Origin: Rhynchobatus australiae
Taxonomy: Eukaryota
NCBI GenBank assembly: GCA_034780895.1
Contig: JAUZTB010000088.1
Coordinates: 336,274-400,273 of the forward strand
DNA: 64,000 nt
Direction: 5' to 3'
The position numbers and the translations under genes were made by a program. This document shows positions 1-11,352 of this stretch, piece by piece; the first letter of the stretch is position 1; each line of letters begins with the position of its first letter. The notes below the pieces were generated by a model. The model made no database searches. It was not told the origin of the DNA and was given only the letters and a program-made list of their open reading frames with translations.

Positions 1-120
1 TGTTGCACCAACACGTTTATTTATGGGGTGACTCAGTCCAGGTTCAGAGAGCAGTTCATCAACGCAGCGAAATATCCAGTCACCTTAATTATTCGATTTA
101 TAAATAAACAAAATAGCTGA
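1..120 (+). CDS. 3' end (TM7 + C-tail) of GPR139-like GPCR copy A, truncated by the window edge
   Basis: Frame 1 reads CCTNTFIYGVTQSRFREQFINAAKYPVTLIIRFINKQNS* (TGA 118-120). This nearly matches the C-terminus of the intact copy (CCTNTFIYGVTQSKFREQFLNAAKYPLTLIIRLIKK). The upstream part lies outside the window, so intactness is unknown. Confidence 0.85.
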   Translation, partial: CCTNTFIYGVTQSRFREQFINAAKYPVTLIIRFINKQNS

Positions 121-263
121 GTTCCACCCAGGGACTGGTCGCCGTGAGAGAAGCACAACACAGGAGCAGAACCCTCAGCACACGTCGGCCGCGCCCACCA
201 CCAACCAGGCTTTTCAAAACTGAGCCTACTCTTTTATTTTATTTCCTCCATATTTCCCTCGGC

Positions 264-333
264 CGCACCGGGCAAACTGCGGGTGTGGTTCTGACAGCAA
301 CCGGCGTTCTGTACTGTTTCAAAACTATCCCCG
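264..333 (+). pseudogene. Orphan ICL2/TM4 fragment of a GPR139-like gene
   Basis: Reads RTGQTAGVVLTATGVLYCFKTIP, homologous to RTEKIAAVVLTTSGVMLCLKNIP (8114-8183) and CTGKTAVVVLISTSVLFCFSNVP in the intact copy. Confidence 0.7.
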
Positions 334-479
334 TTCTCCGTTCTCTGCCGCTCCCCTGCTGCGATCCACCTTCTACCCAGCGTCAAGGTCTGCTCCGCCA
401 TTCTATCATAGTTGATCCGTTTCTCAACCTCAATGTCCGGCCTTCTCGCAGCAACCCTGAGCCCCGATACTGAGAAAGA

Positions 480-1890
480 GCTAGTCAGTCTCCACCTTTA
501 ATACACCCGATGACTGGGCCACCACAGTGGTCCGTGGCAACATATTCCACAGTTACTCCACACTCATTGAAGGATTCCCACCCCACCCCCCCCCATCTCA
601 GTTCAAAAGGGACATTACTTAATTCTAACAAATGTGCCCTCGGAACCAAGACTTTCCTTTCTCCATCCGGTAGGTTTCAATGAGATCCCTCCACATCCTT
701 CTGAACTCCCTCGAACTCAGGCGCAGGGGCATCAAACAGCTCCTGATACGTTAAGCCGTTTGGACCTCTGATCATTCTGGTGAACCTCCACTGGACACCC
801 TCCCGGTCCAGCACACCCTTGCTTCAATACCGGGCCAAAAATTGCTCATCATGCGCCAAATGTCATCAGACCAACGATTTCCAGAGCCTCATTGGTGCAT
901 TGTTGTTTTTTTTCTGTTCGTTTCGAAAAGCATGCCAACATTGCATTTGTCTTCTTTGCTACCGATTCAATCTGCAAGTTAACCTTGAGGGAATTATGAA
1001 CCAGGACTCCCAACTCCCAATGAATGTCTGATTTCTGAATTAGCTCCCCATTCGGAAAATAGCCAACATATTCTTCCTTTCAAAGTGCATAAGCCCACAC
1101 TTCCATGCTCTGTATTCTATCTGCCACTTCCGTTCCCACATTGTGAACCTCTCAAAGTCCTTCTGCAGACACCTTGCCTCCGCGAATCCACCTCTCCCTC
1201 CACCTATCTTGTTATCGTTTCCACACTTGGCCACAATGTCATCAGTTCCTTCATCCTGATCGTTAACGTACAAAGCGAGAAGCTGCAGTTCGTACACTGA
1301 CCACTGCGGAACTCCACCAGTCACCGGCAGCCATCCTGAAAAATACCTCTTTATGCCGACACTCTGACTTCTGCCAGTCAGCCAATCTTCTGTCCATACT
1401 CGTACCTTGCCTGTAACATCATCAGTTCTGATCTTGTTTCGCAGCCGTGTGTGAAGCACCTTGTCAAAATCCTTCTGAAAATCCTAGCAAATAACATCCA
1501 CCTACTGTCCTTTGTCTAACCTGCTTATTGCCTGCTCAAGGAATTAAAACAGATTTATCGGGGAAGATATCCCATGAAGGAAACCCTGATGACTTCGTTC
1601 GCTTTTACCATATATTTAGAAATTTCATCCACAATATTCAACTCTGTAATCTCCCCAACCACCAAGGTCAGGCTTAAAGGCCAATAATTTTCAGCCTTTT
1701 GATTCCCTCCCTTGTGCCAGCGGTGTTACGTTTGATATTGTCCATTCCTCTGGGATGCTCGCTGACTGCAGGGATTCTTGAGACATCACTACTTAATGCC
1801 CCACAATTCCACAGCGATCTCTTTCAGATCCCTGGGGTGCAGGCCATCTGGTCCAGGTGTCTCATCCACCTTCAGGCCTTCTGGCCTCCC
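480..1890 (-). mobile_element. Decayed CR1-clade LINE (RT region and 3' part)
   Basis: ORF 1040-1459 has W..DWLTGRSQSVGI...SGWLPVTGGVPQ.SV and 'KCGNDNKIGG' (degenerate FADDTKIGG), followed by KWQIEY...KC..MHF. These are typical CR1 ORF2 motifs. Confidence 0.85.
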
Positions 1891-1899
1891 CAGCACCTA

Positions 1900-2950
1900 C
1901 AGCGCAGTAGAAGGGTCAGGACCCTGGGGAGTGTTATGGAACAGGTGTGGACCCAGGTGGCCAGGTGCATCGTTCGCTGATAGCGGCGTCACAGGTTGAC
2001 AGGCTGGTGAAAAGACGTTTTACACGCTGGCCTCCATCAGCCAGGGCAATGGGTACAGGAGTTGGGAAGTTATGTTGCAGATGCTTCAGACGTTGGTGAA
2101 GCCGAAATTGGAATACTGCGTCCTGTTTTGATCACCGTCTAAAAGTAAAGATGTTATAAAACTATAAAGAGTGCAGTATTTTTTTACAGATCTTGCCTAA
2201 CTTACAAGGAGGGTTTGGTGCCTGAGTTACAAGGAGGGTTTGCGTAGACTGGGACTTTATTCACTTGAAAGTCGGAGATTGAGGGGTGACCTGACAGAGG
2301 TATATACGTTCATGAAGAGACACAGGCATGGTGAAATCACGTCGTCTTTTTCCCAGCGGGTGCGTGCGACAAACAAGAGGGCATAGGTTTATTATCAGAG
2401 ACGAGACATTTAAATGGGTCATCAGGGGCAGCGTCTTCACCCAGTGGGTGGTATGTGTTTGGAAATAGCTCCAATAGTGGCTGAGCCAAGCTCATTAGCA
2501 ACGTTTAGAAGCCATCTAGACAAGTACACGGAGATGACAGGTTTATCGGGCAATGGCCCAACGCGGGCTGACGGGACGAGCTCGCTGGACAACACAGCCG
2601 GTTTGGACAGGTTGAGCAGAGGGGCCTGTTTCCTTGCTGTTTGACTCTATGAGGGTTTTAAAGGGGATCTCAGGGAGTAAATCTGTCGCACAAAGTGGAC
2701 GGGGAGAGCGGAGAACCGGTGGGTGGAAGTGGATATCCTTTTCCAGTATTGGGGGATTCAAGACGAAGGGGGCGTCGGCTGAAGATGAGACGAATGAGTT
2801 CCAAAGGGAATCGGAGAGGAACTTTTCTCTGCACACGGAAGGGTTTAAGTCTGCCACAGCAGGCTGCGGCTCAGAAGGAATCGTTGCATTGAAGAGGCAT
2901 TCAGATTGGAATTTGAGTCGACATAGCATCGAAGTATGTGGATGTTGATG
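1900..2950 (+). mobile_element. Decayed CR1-clade LINE 3' fragments (two adjacent)
   Basis: Contains LEYCV.F.SP, RLRGDLTEVY (gattgaggggtgacctgacagaggtata) and the 3' tail ggggcctgtttccttgctgtttgactctatga. Confidence 0.8.
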
Positions 2951-2954
2951 GGGT

Positions 2955-3420
2955 TAGTGCAGTCCCTGGTTCCTACCAACCGTCCACCCACAGAAACACC
3001 AGTTCTCCCTCCTCAGCTACGAATCGAGTCCCCAGGTCCCTCTGCCCGTCCATGCACCGAGTTTTCGGTTCCCTATCCCCGTCCGTGCACCGAGTCCCCG
3101 GTCCCCTCTCACTGTCCACGCACAGGGTCTCCGCTTCCCTCTCCTCGTCCATCCAGCAAGTCTCTGGTTCCCACTCCCGGTCTTCCCTCCAGCTCTCCGG
3201 TTCCAGCTCCCCCGACTAGTCTCTGTTTCCCGCTCCCTTCCGCTCTCCCGACTCCTTTTCTGGCTACCCCTCCACCACCGAGTCCCTGCTTCCTGCTCCC
3301 CGTACACCCACGGAGTCTCCGCTTGCAGCTTCCCGCTCACCCAGCTTGTCTCTGGTATCTGGTCCCCGTCCACCCTCCGCTTCCCGCTTTCATTAAAATC
3401 GCCAGTTCTGTTGGCACCTT
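2955..3420. repeat. Degenerate C-rich minisatellite (units like ccgagtcccc ggtccc ctct)
   Basis: The motif gagtccc(c/t)ggt(t/c)cc recurs about every 30-35 nt. A similar block occurs at 38560-38640. Confidence 0.65.
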
Positions 3421-4399
3421 TCCCTTGAAACTTTTCTTCTGTTTCCTGCAAACCATTGCAATTGACCAAGTTAACGGAACAAATCCCAATTGCACCGTGC
3501 AACATAATAAAACAAAAGTAAATTGAACGGTCGCTGGGGAATTAATAGAGAAACTTAAAAGCGCCCAGAATATCTGGGAATGTCAAACCAGTTTCTGGAG
3601 GAACTCAAATCTGGAGGATTCCAAATTGCAGTTTACTCCAAAAAATCTGGGTCACGCAATACCTCATTTGCGCCATCGGTTTGCGTTCCAATTACTATAC
3701 TCTATGTTCAGTACATTCATGGATGATCTCCTATGCCTCCGCCGCAACATGTGTCCAGTCTGCAGTTAAGTGTGGAATTGGTGGCAACTCGATACCGTCA
3801 TACCTCCACAAATATATATCCGTATCAGTGTGTGGAATCGTGAGGATTCCCTTTGTTAACGACTGGTCGAGGCAAAGTTTGACCTCCAACAACCAGTCGG
3901 AATACTCTTCACAGGTACAGCGACCTCCGGCTGTCAGCCATCCCCCTCTATAATGTTCTGCAGATGCTCAGAGGCATCCTTGACTTGAAAGCTGAGAGGC
4001 AATACACCATCCTGCCTCCACAGAGTTTCCTGTCTGTTTCCCTCACGATCGAGTTGAACTCGCCCTTCCAATTTCGGAATTCTCTCCTCATTTAGCAAAT
4101 AGTCGACATCTTTATTCTTGCAAACAAGTGCAAAGCCCCACACTTCCTTACGCAGTATTTCATCTCCTCTGCACCCTTTCCAGTGCAAACACACCGCCAG
4201 TCCACCCTGCACCATCTCCAGGACAATCGTTTCTCCAATCTGGTCTGCACCATCTCCAGTGTGATCCTGTCTTACTTTCTTTTGCAGGCAACAGATCAAA
4301 ACTGTGGATAATTCTCCAGTTGCTATGTTGTTCGTACCAAAGTGGAAACTTTCTCGTTATCTCATTCGGCCGAGGGCTGTCAGTCAAAGGACTAATGCG

Positions 4400-5300
4400 A
4401 AAAAGCGAGCACCTGTTGGTCGTAGGCCTTCTCCGTATATTCCCGAATCTGCCCACGACCTCGCTGTCCTCAGTTACCAGAGGGCGGTGGGGCTGGCCTA
4501 ATGCTGTTTGGTTGTTCCCTTGTCAGTCAGCCCGCAGTCTTCGACTTGCTCTTTCGTTATTGGCTGAGGTGCAAGTGCATGGCGGGGTTTGGAAACCTGC
4601 CGCTTGCCTAATGGTCTGAGTCCTCGTTGATCCGGCTGAGTGTCCGTCCCCGCTCAATTGTCATTGACTGACAGGTACAGCAACCAATCAACTCGAAACC
4701 GCTCCTTTGACCCACAGGCCTCTCAGCCAGTGAGAATCCAGGTGGCGGGCGGGTCCACGTTGCGATTGTCCGGCCGGGGAGCCCACAGCGTTTAACCGGT
4801 TCCACCCGTTCCTTTCATCCTCTCACCTGCTCCCTCGCCATTGCGGATCCCGGCGAACAGTTCCAGTCGGTGCTGGCCGGCATCTTGGTCCACAAGGGCG
4901 GAAATGCCTTCTCATTCGACGGCGGTTGTGCGTCTGGACTGAGGAGCGGTGAGGAGGGGATGGTCCAGTGGGAAACAAGTAGGGTGGTGGCCGCGGGAAC
5001 GTGGTGAGTGGCAACGACGAAAGGACAGCAATTCCCAGACGGACTCGCGTCACCGCCAGCTCGGCGGCTTCCTCCACCCAACCGCTCCGCCGGCCGGAGT
5101 TGTAGCTCCGCGGTCGGTGGGGTGAGAGGCCATCGTGTGTGAGGACTGGATCGCGGGGCACTCCCGGATTTGCAGTTCTCTAGGGAAGGGGCGAACGCTG
5201 GCGGTGGGCGGCCGGGGGACTACTTCACATGAAAGCCTCCGGGCGCCCGGCGTAACCGCTGGAGGATGCTTCGGGTATCTGCAGGAAGATAGAGAAGGGG
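4400..5300. promoter_or_regulatory. CpG-island-like promoter block of a duplicated USP5 exon 1
   Basis: High GC and dense CpG relative to the flanks. CCAAT boxes at about 4559 (ATTGG) and 4684 (CCAAT), GC boxes at about 4482, 4581 and 4745. ZNF143/THAP11-like ACTACA..TCCC variants at 5025-5039, 5096-5105(rc), 5165-5177(rc) and about 5217. Confidence 0.7.
4840..4924 (+). pseudogene. USP5: Degenerate USP5 (isopeptidase T) coding exon 1
   Basis: gccATT(GCG...) reads (I)ADPGEQFQSVLAGI-------LVHKGGNAFSFD, versus vertebrate USP5 [37 protein letters not shown]. The start ATG is mutated to ATT, about 7 codons are deleted and the donor is degenerate. Confidence 0.7.
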
Positions 5301-5779
5301 AAAGGGGAGGGAGTGAGTGAGGGAAGGAGCTTCACTCGCCACAGTTACGGCAAAGTCACTGCGGGCTGCAGTGGTCAGGGAGAAAATTCATTGTTACACT
5401 TTCTCCGTTCTGGGATTATTGCACAGTCACTGTGGAGCTGTATTGTGTGGGAGGAACTTCAGTGTTGCAATGTCTGCAATTCTGGGATCAGTGCACAGGA
5501 ACGGTGGGTCTGATGAGGTGGGAAGGGCAGTTTTGCACCGTCCCCAGTTCTGTGATCAGTACCGATTCACAATGGGAACTGTGGACGATGAGGAATTCAG
5601 TGTTCCACCACCCCAGGTCTGGGATCAGTGCACAGTCACCATACAGTCTTTCCTTGTGACTCAGGCCCTACACTCCTGAAAACATTCTCGTTAATCTTCC
5701 CTGCCAATTTATTCATGGCTGGGCGCCCAGAACTGCACACAATGCTTCAGGTGTGATCTCACCACAATAGAATGTGGGC

Positions 5780-6395
5780 CACAGGCACAAGACCTTCATC
5801 CCACGTTATTGTGCAGGGGGATGGGAAACAGAGTGATAGGTCTGAGCTTGCTTCATTTACTGTACAAGTAGATGCAGAGTGTAGAAAGACTGTGAGGAGG
5901 GACAGGCAATCGAAGGGCAAAGTTGCAGTCAGTTGAATGGGCCGGTGTGTCTATTAAATACGAGAAGTATCAGGAGCAAGGCTATGGAGCATTTCAAATG
6001 GGATAGGGGCGGAGGTAAAAGAGGCGGGGAAGTGGATCTGCTGATCAGGGACAGTGTCAGGGCTGTAGAAAGGGAGGATGTCAGTGAGTCAAGGTGGGTG
6101 GAAGTCAGAAACAGAAAGGTACCGATCACTCCATTGGGAGTATGGTACAGAAACCACCCCCCCCCCTCCGCCCAGTAGCAGCAGAGATGCTTAGGATCAG
6201 ATAGGGAGGCAGAATTTGGAGAGGTGGGAAAATACCGGCTGTTGTCATGGGTCATTTCAACTTCCCTAATGTCGATTGACACCTCCTTAGTGTGAAGACG
6301 GGATTTACTCGATGTGTACGGGAAGGATTCCTGACACAGAATGTGGACAGGCTGAGGAGAGGAGAGGCCATACTGGACCGAGTACCAGGCCACCT
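5780..6395 (+). mobile_element. CR1-clade LINE fragment (start of ORF2 endonuclease)
   Basis: Contains LLNTRSIRSK, DRGGGKRGGEVDLLIRDSV, WVEVRNRK...GVWYR and gtcatgggtcatttcaacttccc (V.MGDFNFP-like). Confidence 0.8.
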
Positions 6396-6631
6396 ACTGG
6401 AAATTCTCAGAGACTCAAAGGAAGTATTTCACGGTGTGCTTTGAAGTACATCTGACAAAAAAATAAATAAATGTATCTTAACTCACAACCTGTGACAGCG
6501 CGCATTTCACTTGACGACGTAATTGATTTGTTAATAATTTCAACATCTGCATGTTTAACTCTGCTGTAGTCTCAGCATTTCATTCCGAGAGATGACTTGC
6601 CGCACAAAGATACTCGTCACTGAATGAGAAA

Positions 6632-8731
6632 ATGGGCAGAGAAAAGTACTACAGTGTGGAGAAAATACTGTACGTGATCGTTGCCGTCACTGGTCAGTGA
6701 ACGGAGTAAGTCATGTTTTGTATCTCCACGTGTTAACCTGCGTACACCTGTTCATGACCCCGTTACTTCTGATCCTTGTACAAAACTACATCAGTGATGT
6801 CGATCCTGTCAATTCAGTTTTCTGATTTTTTATTCTCGTTTCCTGGCACCGAAACGAAACGTCTTTTTGCTCTAACTCACGGGATCCACTCGACTGTTTA
6901 TTTATTTATTTAATTGCAGCGTGGAAACAGGCCCTTCCGGCCCAACGAGTCCACGCCGCCCATTTTTAAACACCAATTTAACCTACCGGTACGTCTTTGG
7001 AATGTGGAAGAAAACCGGAGCACCCGGAGGAAACCCACGCAGACTCGGGAGAACGTACAAACTCATTGCGGACCGCGGCGGGAATCTAACCCGGGTCTTT
7101 GTCGCTGTAACAGCGTCGTGTTAACCACTACGCTACCTAACCGCCCCATTTGATGTTCTTGCTTAAGTGACCCCTTGCCCAGTGTTTTCCCAGTGCTCGG
7201 GACAGGCACTCCTCCGGGAAGGTGTGACTGGTAGGGTTTTACATTGCGTAGTTCACTGTTACTGAGTTATTAATCAGAGTGAACACCTGATCCTGTGGAC
7301 ACACCTCACGGTGGAGTCTGTCACTGGCGAATTCCACTGTCTCTTGGTCAGATATTGGGTACGATCACCTTAATAAGAGTCCACGGATCTACCGGAGTGT
7401 CATTATCGAACTGTAGTCACCGTGGAATGAATCCATTAACGGAGCCACCCTGCTGCCGGATCCCTGCCTTCCCTCTGAATCCTTCCTCGGTCCCATCAGA
7501 TGCTGAGTTTCCAGGACATTAAATCTGTGAAACCGGCTCGATCAGAGACTGTAACCAGGATTAATTGTTACAACAGTCGTTCCACCTCTTTCAGCGGATT
7601 GCAGCTCGCTTTCTCCCGACTGTTGAACTCACCCTTTAATTTATCACCTCACTACTGAAGCACCCAGGTTGGACACGGTTGGATCCGTGTCTGATGTGAT
7701 CAGGTTTGCAGCCACGTCCCCACTCCCAACACTCCTGATCTTCAGCAGAAACCGAAGCCGGAGCTCTGACCCAAGGATGTGTTCAGTAATGCCCAGTGTC
7801 TGCTGTCTTCTCTCTCTGGGGTGAATTTACTGGCAATTTGATCCTGTCCCGGGGAAAGTGCGGCCTCTCCACCTGCACCACTCGCTACCTAGTGGTCATG
7901 GCAACGGCGGATCTACTGGTCATTGTCACTGAGGTCATTTTGTATCAGATCAAATATTGTTACTTTTCGTTGAGTTTTTTGGACATCACCCCTGTGTGCA
8001 GCGTTATTCATGCACTGAAGCTTTCATCGACAGACTGTTCAGTCTGGTTCACCGTCACTTTCACCTTTGATCGATTTGTCGCCATTTCTTGCCAGAAGCT
8101 GAAAACAAAATATCGTACCGAGAAAATTGCGGCTGTGGTTCTTACAACAAGCGGCGTTATGCTGTGTTTGAAAAACATTCCCCGCTACTTCGTACGGGAA
8201 CCCAGAGAGACAATTGATAACGTACCGTGGTTCTGTGTACTAATGGAGTGCTATTAGACTGACCCCGGGTGGATGGGATATGATTGGTTCGACACAGTTT
8301 TAACTCCGCTGCTCCCTTTCACTGTAATTCTGCTGCACAGGGCTCTGCCAGTCGGGCACATCTTAGTGGTCAGTCGTGTCCGTGAGGGGCTGAGGGGTCA
8401 GAGCAACGGGGAGAACCGCAGTGACCCGGAGATAGAGAGCAGGAGGAGGTCTGTGGTTTTATTCTTCACCCTCTCCGGCATCTTCATCCTCTTGTGGCTG
8501 ACGGTGGTTGTAAATTTATTCTATTATCGGATCACAGGAATAGGAGATGCCAATGACACTCAGTGGATCTTCAACTACGTTGTGGTTTTGCTGAGAAATT
8601 TGAGCTGCTGCACGAACACATTTATTTACGCGGCGATTCAATCCAAGTTCAGGGAGCAGGTGAAGAGCGCGGTGAAATATCCGCTCACCTCAGTGTTTCA
8701 GTTCATTCGTAAAACCGCCCCCCACCCATGA
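6632..8731 (+). pseudogene. GPR139-like GPCR pseudogene copy B (exon 1 6632-6692, exon 2 7822-8731)
   Basis: Exon 1 reads MGREKYYSVEKILYVIVAVT-G|gtcagt. Exon 2 reads VNLLAI.ILSRGKCGLSTCTTRYLV...DRF...NTFIY...KYP. Lesions are an acceptor AG changed to GG (ctgggg|tgaat at 7821), a 1-nt deletion (ATT-TGATC, about 7838) and a premature TAG at 8255-8257. Confidence 0.9.
6897..7148 (-). mobile_element. tRNA-derived V-SINE (HE1-like) with CR1-type 3' tail, in the intron of copy B
   Basis: The reverse complement shows an A-box (tagcgtagtgg), a B-box (ggttagattcc), the V-domain gtttgtacgttctccc...gcgtgggtttcctccgggtgctccggttt, the tail gggccggaagggcctgtttcc and (aaat)n. Confidence 0.85.
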
Positions 8732-9382
8732 GCACTACACAGATGCGGCTGCAGTGCCCCCTGTCCTGGCTCCAGCTCCTCACTCACCGCCTGATCGCCC
8801 AGATGTCAGTCCCCGGCGGATTGTCCCAGCACCGAGATGTCAAGACCATCACCGCGATACCTCTCATAGTTCCTCAAGGGTCCCATCTCCCTCGATGGTC
8901 TCATCTGCTTCCGCCGTGGGGACAGGTCAGTTCGAAGTTCCTCACTGGCATCAGGAGTTCCGATCCACCTCCACGGTGGTGATTGGTCTGGTGCAAACTT
9001 GGCCCTGGTACCAGTAATCCTGATCCAACTCAGCACTAGGGACCAACATTATCTTCGCCCCTGGACCAGAGGTTTTAAACACACACCCCCCACCCACACC
9101 CCGTGTGGTCCGTCTGGTAAAAACTTTCCCTGAGACCACTCACTGTCTGATCTCCCTCAGTGTGGTCCGCCCTTGGAATTTCCCTATCGCGACCCTAGTT
9201 TGTTCCAGGCACTAAGAGCGACCGCACCGTCCCGACACTGATCCAGCTTCACAAATTTATTTCCAAAGTTAAAGAGAGCACACCCCTCCCCTCTCCCTGC
9301 CCCTACACCCCACACATCCCATTCCCTGTCGATGCCAGTCTTTTGGCTTGGTCTGTCCAATAATTAGGTGGATGGAAGTTCC

Positions 9383-9478
9383 TCAGCTTGTGACGCTTTG
9401 GTAGAAATACATGTAGCCGATGACCCAGGGCGGCGTTTTCCTCAGGAACAGACTTTCTGATCATTGTATATCATCCAC
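9383..9478 (-). pseudogene. USP5: USP5 pseudogene, terminal coding exon
   Basis: Acceptor ccacag, then (R)[11 protein letters not shown][+2 nt]KTPPWVIGYMYFYQSVTS*, versus USP5 [31 protein letters not shown]. Confidence 0.9.
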
Positions 9479-9479
9479 C

Positions 9480-10200
9480 TGTGGAGGGAAGAGAGAGAGA
9501 GCGGGGTGAGAGGGGGAAGAGGGAGGACTGCTATGGGAGAGAGAGGGAGAGTTGTGGAACAGAGGTGGGAGTGTGAATGGGGATAGAGGAAGACGTGTCG
9601 AGCAGAGGAAGGAGTGTGATGGCTTGAGAGGGTGAGCAGAGAGAGGACAATGTGCAGAGTAGAGGGAGAAGTGCGATGGTGAGAGAGAGAGGGGAGACAG
9701 GGAGAGGTGAAGTGCAGAGGGAGGAGTGCGATGATGAGAGAAGGTGTCGATCAGAAGGACAAGTGCAATGGGGAGAGGGGGAGTGGTGTAGACCTGAGGG
9801 AGAAGCGTAGAGCAGAAGGAGGGTGCGATGGGGAGAGGGGGAGTGGNNNNNNNNNNNNNNNNNNNNNNNNNNNNNNNNNNNNNNNNNNNNNNNNNNNNNN
9901 NNNNNNNNNNNNNNNNNNNNNNNNNNNNNNNNNNNNNNNNNNNNNNGCGTAGAGCAGAAGGAGGGTGCGATGGGGAGAGGGGGAGTGGTGTAGACCTGAG
10001 GGAGAAGCGTAGAGCAGAAGGAGAGTGCGATGGGGAGAGGGGGAGTGGTGTAGACCTGAGGGAGAAGCGTAGAGCAGAAGGAGGGTGCGATGTGGAGAGA
10101 TGCGGTTTGCAGAGCAGAATGATAAAGAGTGCGGGATGACACAGAGGGCCGGAAAGGAGGCGAGAGAGGGTGTGGGAGGGATCGCCGCGGTATGGGATTG
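9480..10200. repeat. GA-rich low-complexity intron with a 60-bp tandem repeat flanking the gap (9765-10095)
   Basis: The unit gcgtagagcagaaggagggtgcgatggggagagggggagtggtgtagacctgagggagaa appears on both sides of the N-run. Confidence 0.9.
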
Positions 10201-10211
10201 TCAGCACTCAA

Positions 10212-10296
10212 CTACCTTCCTTCTTAATGTGACACACGCAGTGCCCACACATAGTCTACGTCCCCATGTGACTGATGAAGGCGCAGAGCTGGTATT
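10212..10296 (-). pseudogene. USP5: USP5 pseudogene, penultimate exon (His-box)
   Basis: Acceptor ctgcag, then 85 nt reading (K)[26 protein letters not shown](R), versus [29 protein letters not shown]. It has a premature TAG, and the donor GT is changed to TT (ttgagt). Confidence 0.92.
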
Positions 10297-10527
10297 CTGC
10301 AGGAGTAAACAGGTATTAGTGGGATGGGACCATCCGTGGATACACATGGAGGCGGTGTTGGGAGAGGGGCGTGTACACCAGACACCAGTACACAGGGGGA
10401 TGGTGGGGAGAGGTGTGAATACAGCAGACACAAGTACATCGGTGCTAACAGGAGTGTGTGCACACCAGGCGTGAGTACACACAGACAGACACACACAGTG
10501 GTGGCGTTAACACTCACAGCTACTCGC

Positions 10528-10681
10528 TGCTCTGTCCGTCGCGGATTTTGGGTCGTGTGAGCGTGCATTCCGAGATGGAGTCGGCTGCTGTGCACCCCTC
10601 AGACACGTCCATGGTTGCCTCCGCGTCGAGGTCATCGATGTGGCTGAAGATCCATTCCACTGCTCGCAACAGGCTGTTGTT
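10528..10681 (-). pseudogene. USP5: USP5 pseudogene exon (end of second UBA domain and linker)
   Basis: Acceptor tcatag, then 154 nt reading NNSLLRAVEWIFSHIDDLDAEATMDVSEGCTAADSISECTLTRPKIRDGQS, versus NNSLERAVDWIFSHIDDLDAEAAMDISEGRSAADSISESVPVGPKVRDGPG. The donor is gcgagt, and the phase is compatible with the next exon. Confidence 0.92.
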
Positions 10682-10684
10682 CTA

Positions 10685-11352
10685 TGAGAGAGGCAGAGAC
10701 TGAGGGAGTGTGAGAGGGTGTGTGAGGATGTGTGTTTGAGAGAGAGAGAGGTCATGTGAAAGGATGAAACAATGTGACAGAGAGAGCGTGAGGGAGTGTG
10801 AGAGAGACAGACAAGGATAGAGCGTGAGAGAGAGGGGGAGAGAGTGTGAGAGACAGAGACGGAGGGAGAGTGTGAGAGAAAGTGCGAGAGAGAGGGAATG
10901 CGTTTGAGACACAGAGACACAGAGCGAGAGAGATGGAGAGTGGGAGTGTGTTTGAGAGAGAATGATAATAAGAGAGGGAGGAGGTGAGAGAGTGATGGTG
11001 GATGGGAGAGGGAGTGGGAGAGCTGGGACAGTAGTGAGGGAGGAGAAAAGTGGGTAGAAGCGGAGGAGGGCGGGGAATGGTGAGTAGGAGGTGGGTTGAG
11101 TCGAGCGAGGTGTGAAGGTGATATAGGTTGATGGGGATGGAGTGGGAGGTGATCAAGGTGTGAGGGTGTTCTATGAGGTGAGGGAAGTGGAGCTACGGGT
11201 GAACGGAACAAATAGTGAAGGAGATCGATGTGTGAAGGTGTTTGAGGGGGAGGGAGAGCGATGGGTGAAAGGGATAGACGGTTGAAGGATTTTGCGTGGG
11301 GGGGTGAAAGGCAGCAAGTGGGAGGTGATCGAGGGTCAGGGGAGTGAGGGGT
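10685..11352. repeat. (GA)n/(GAGT)n-rich low-complexity sequence (USP5 intron remnant)
   Basis: Purine-rich simple repeats that produce the spurious Ser/His/Leu-rich ORFs. Confidence 0.85.

Noticed and set aside
2936-3526. 196-aa proline-rich ORF
   Set aside because: It arises from a C-rich minisatellite and starts within a CR1 tail.
3934-4456. CDCA3 exons expected head-to-head with the USP5 promoter
   Set aside because: No CDCA3-like peptide (for example DPRSP) was seen, and 3990-4300 looks like CR1 debris.
7796-8731. Two ORFs read as one functional receptor with stop readthrough
   Set aside because: An independent acceptor mutation and a 1-nt deletion also disable the gene, so a pseudogene is the simpler reading.
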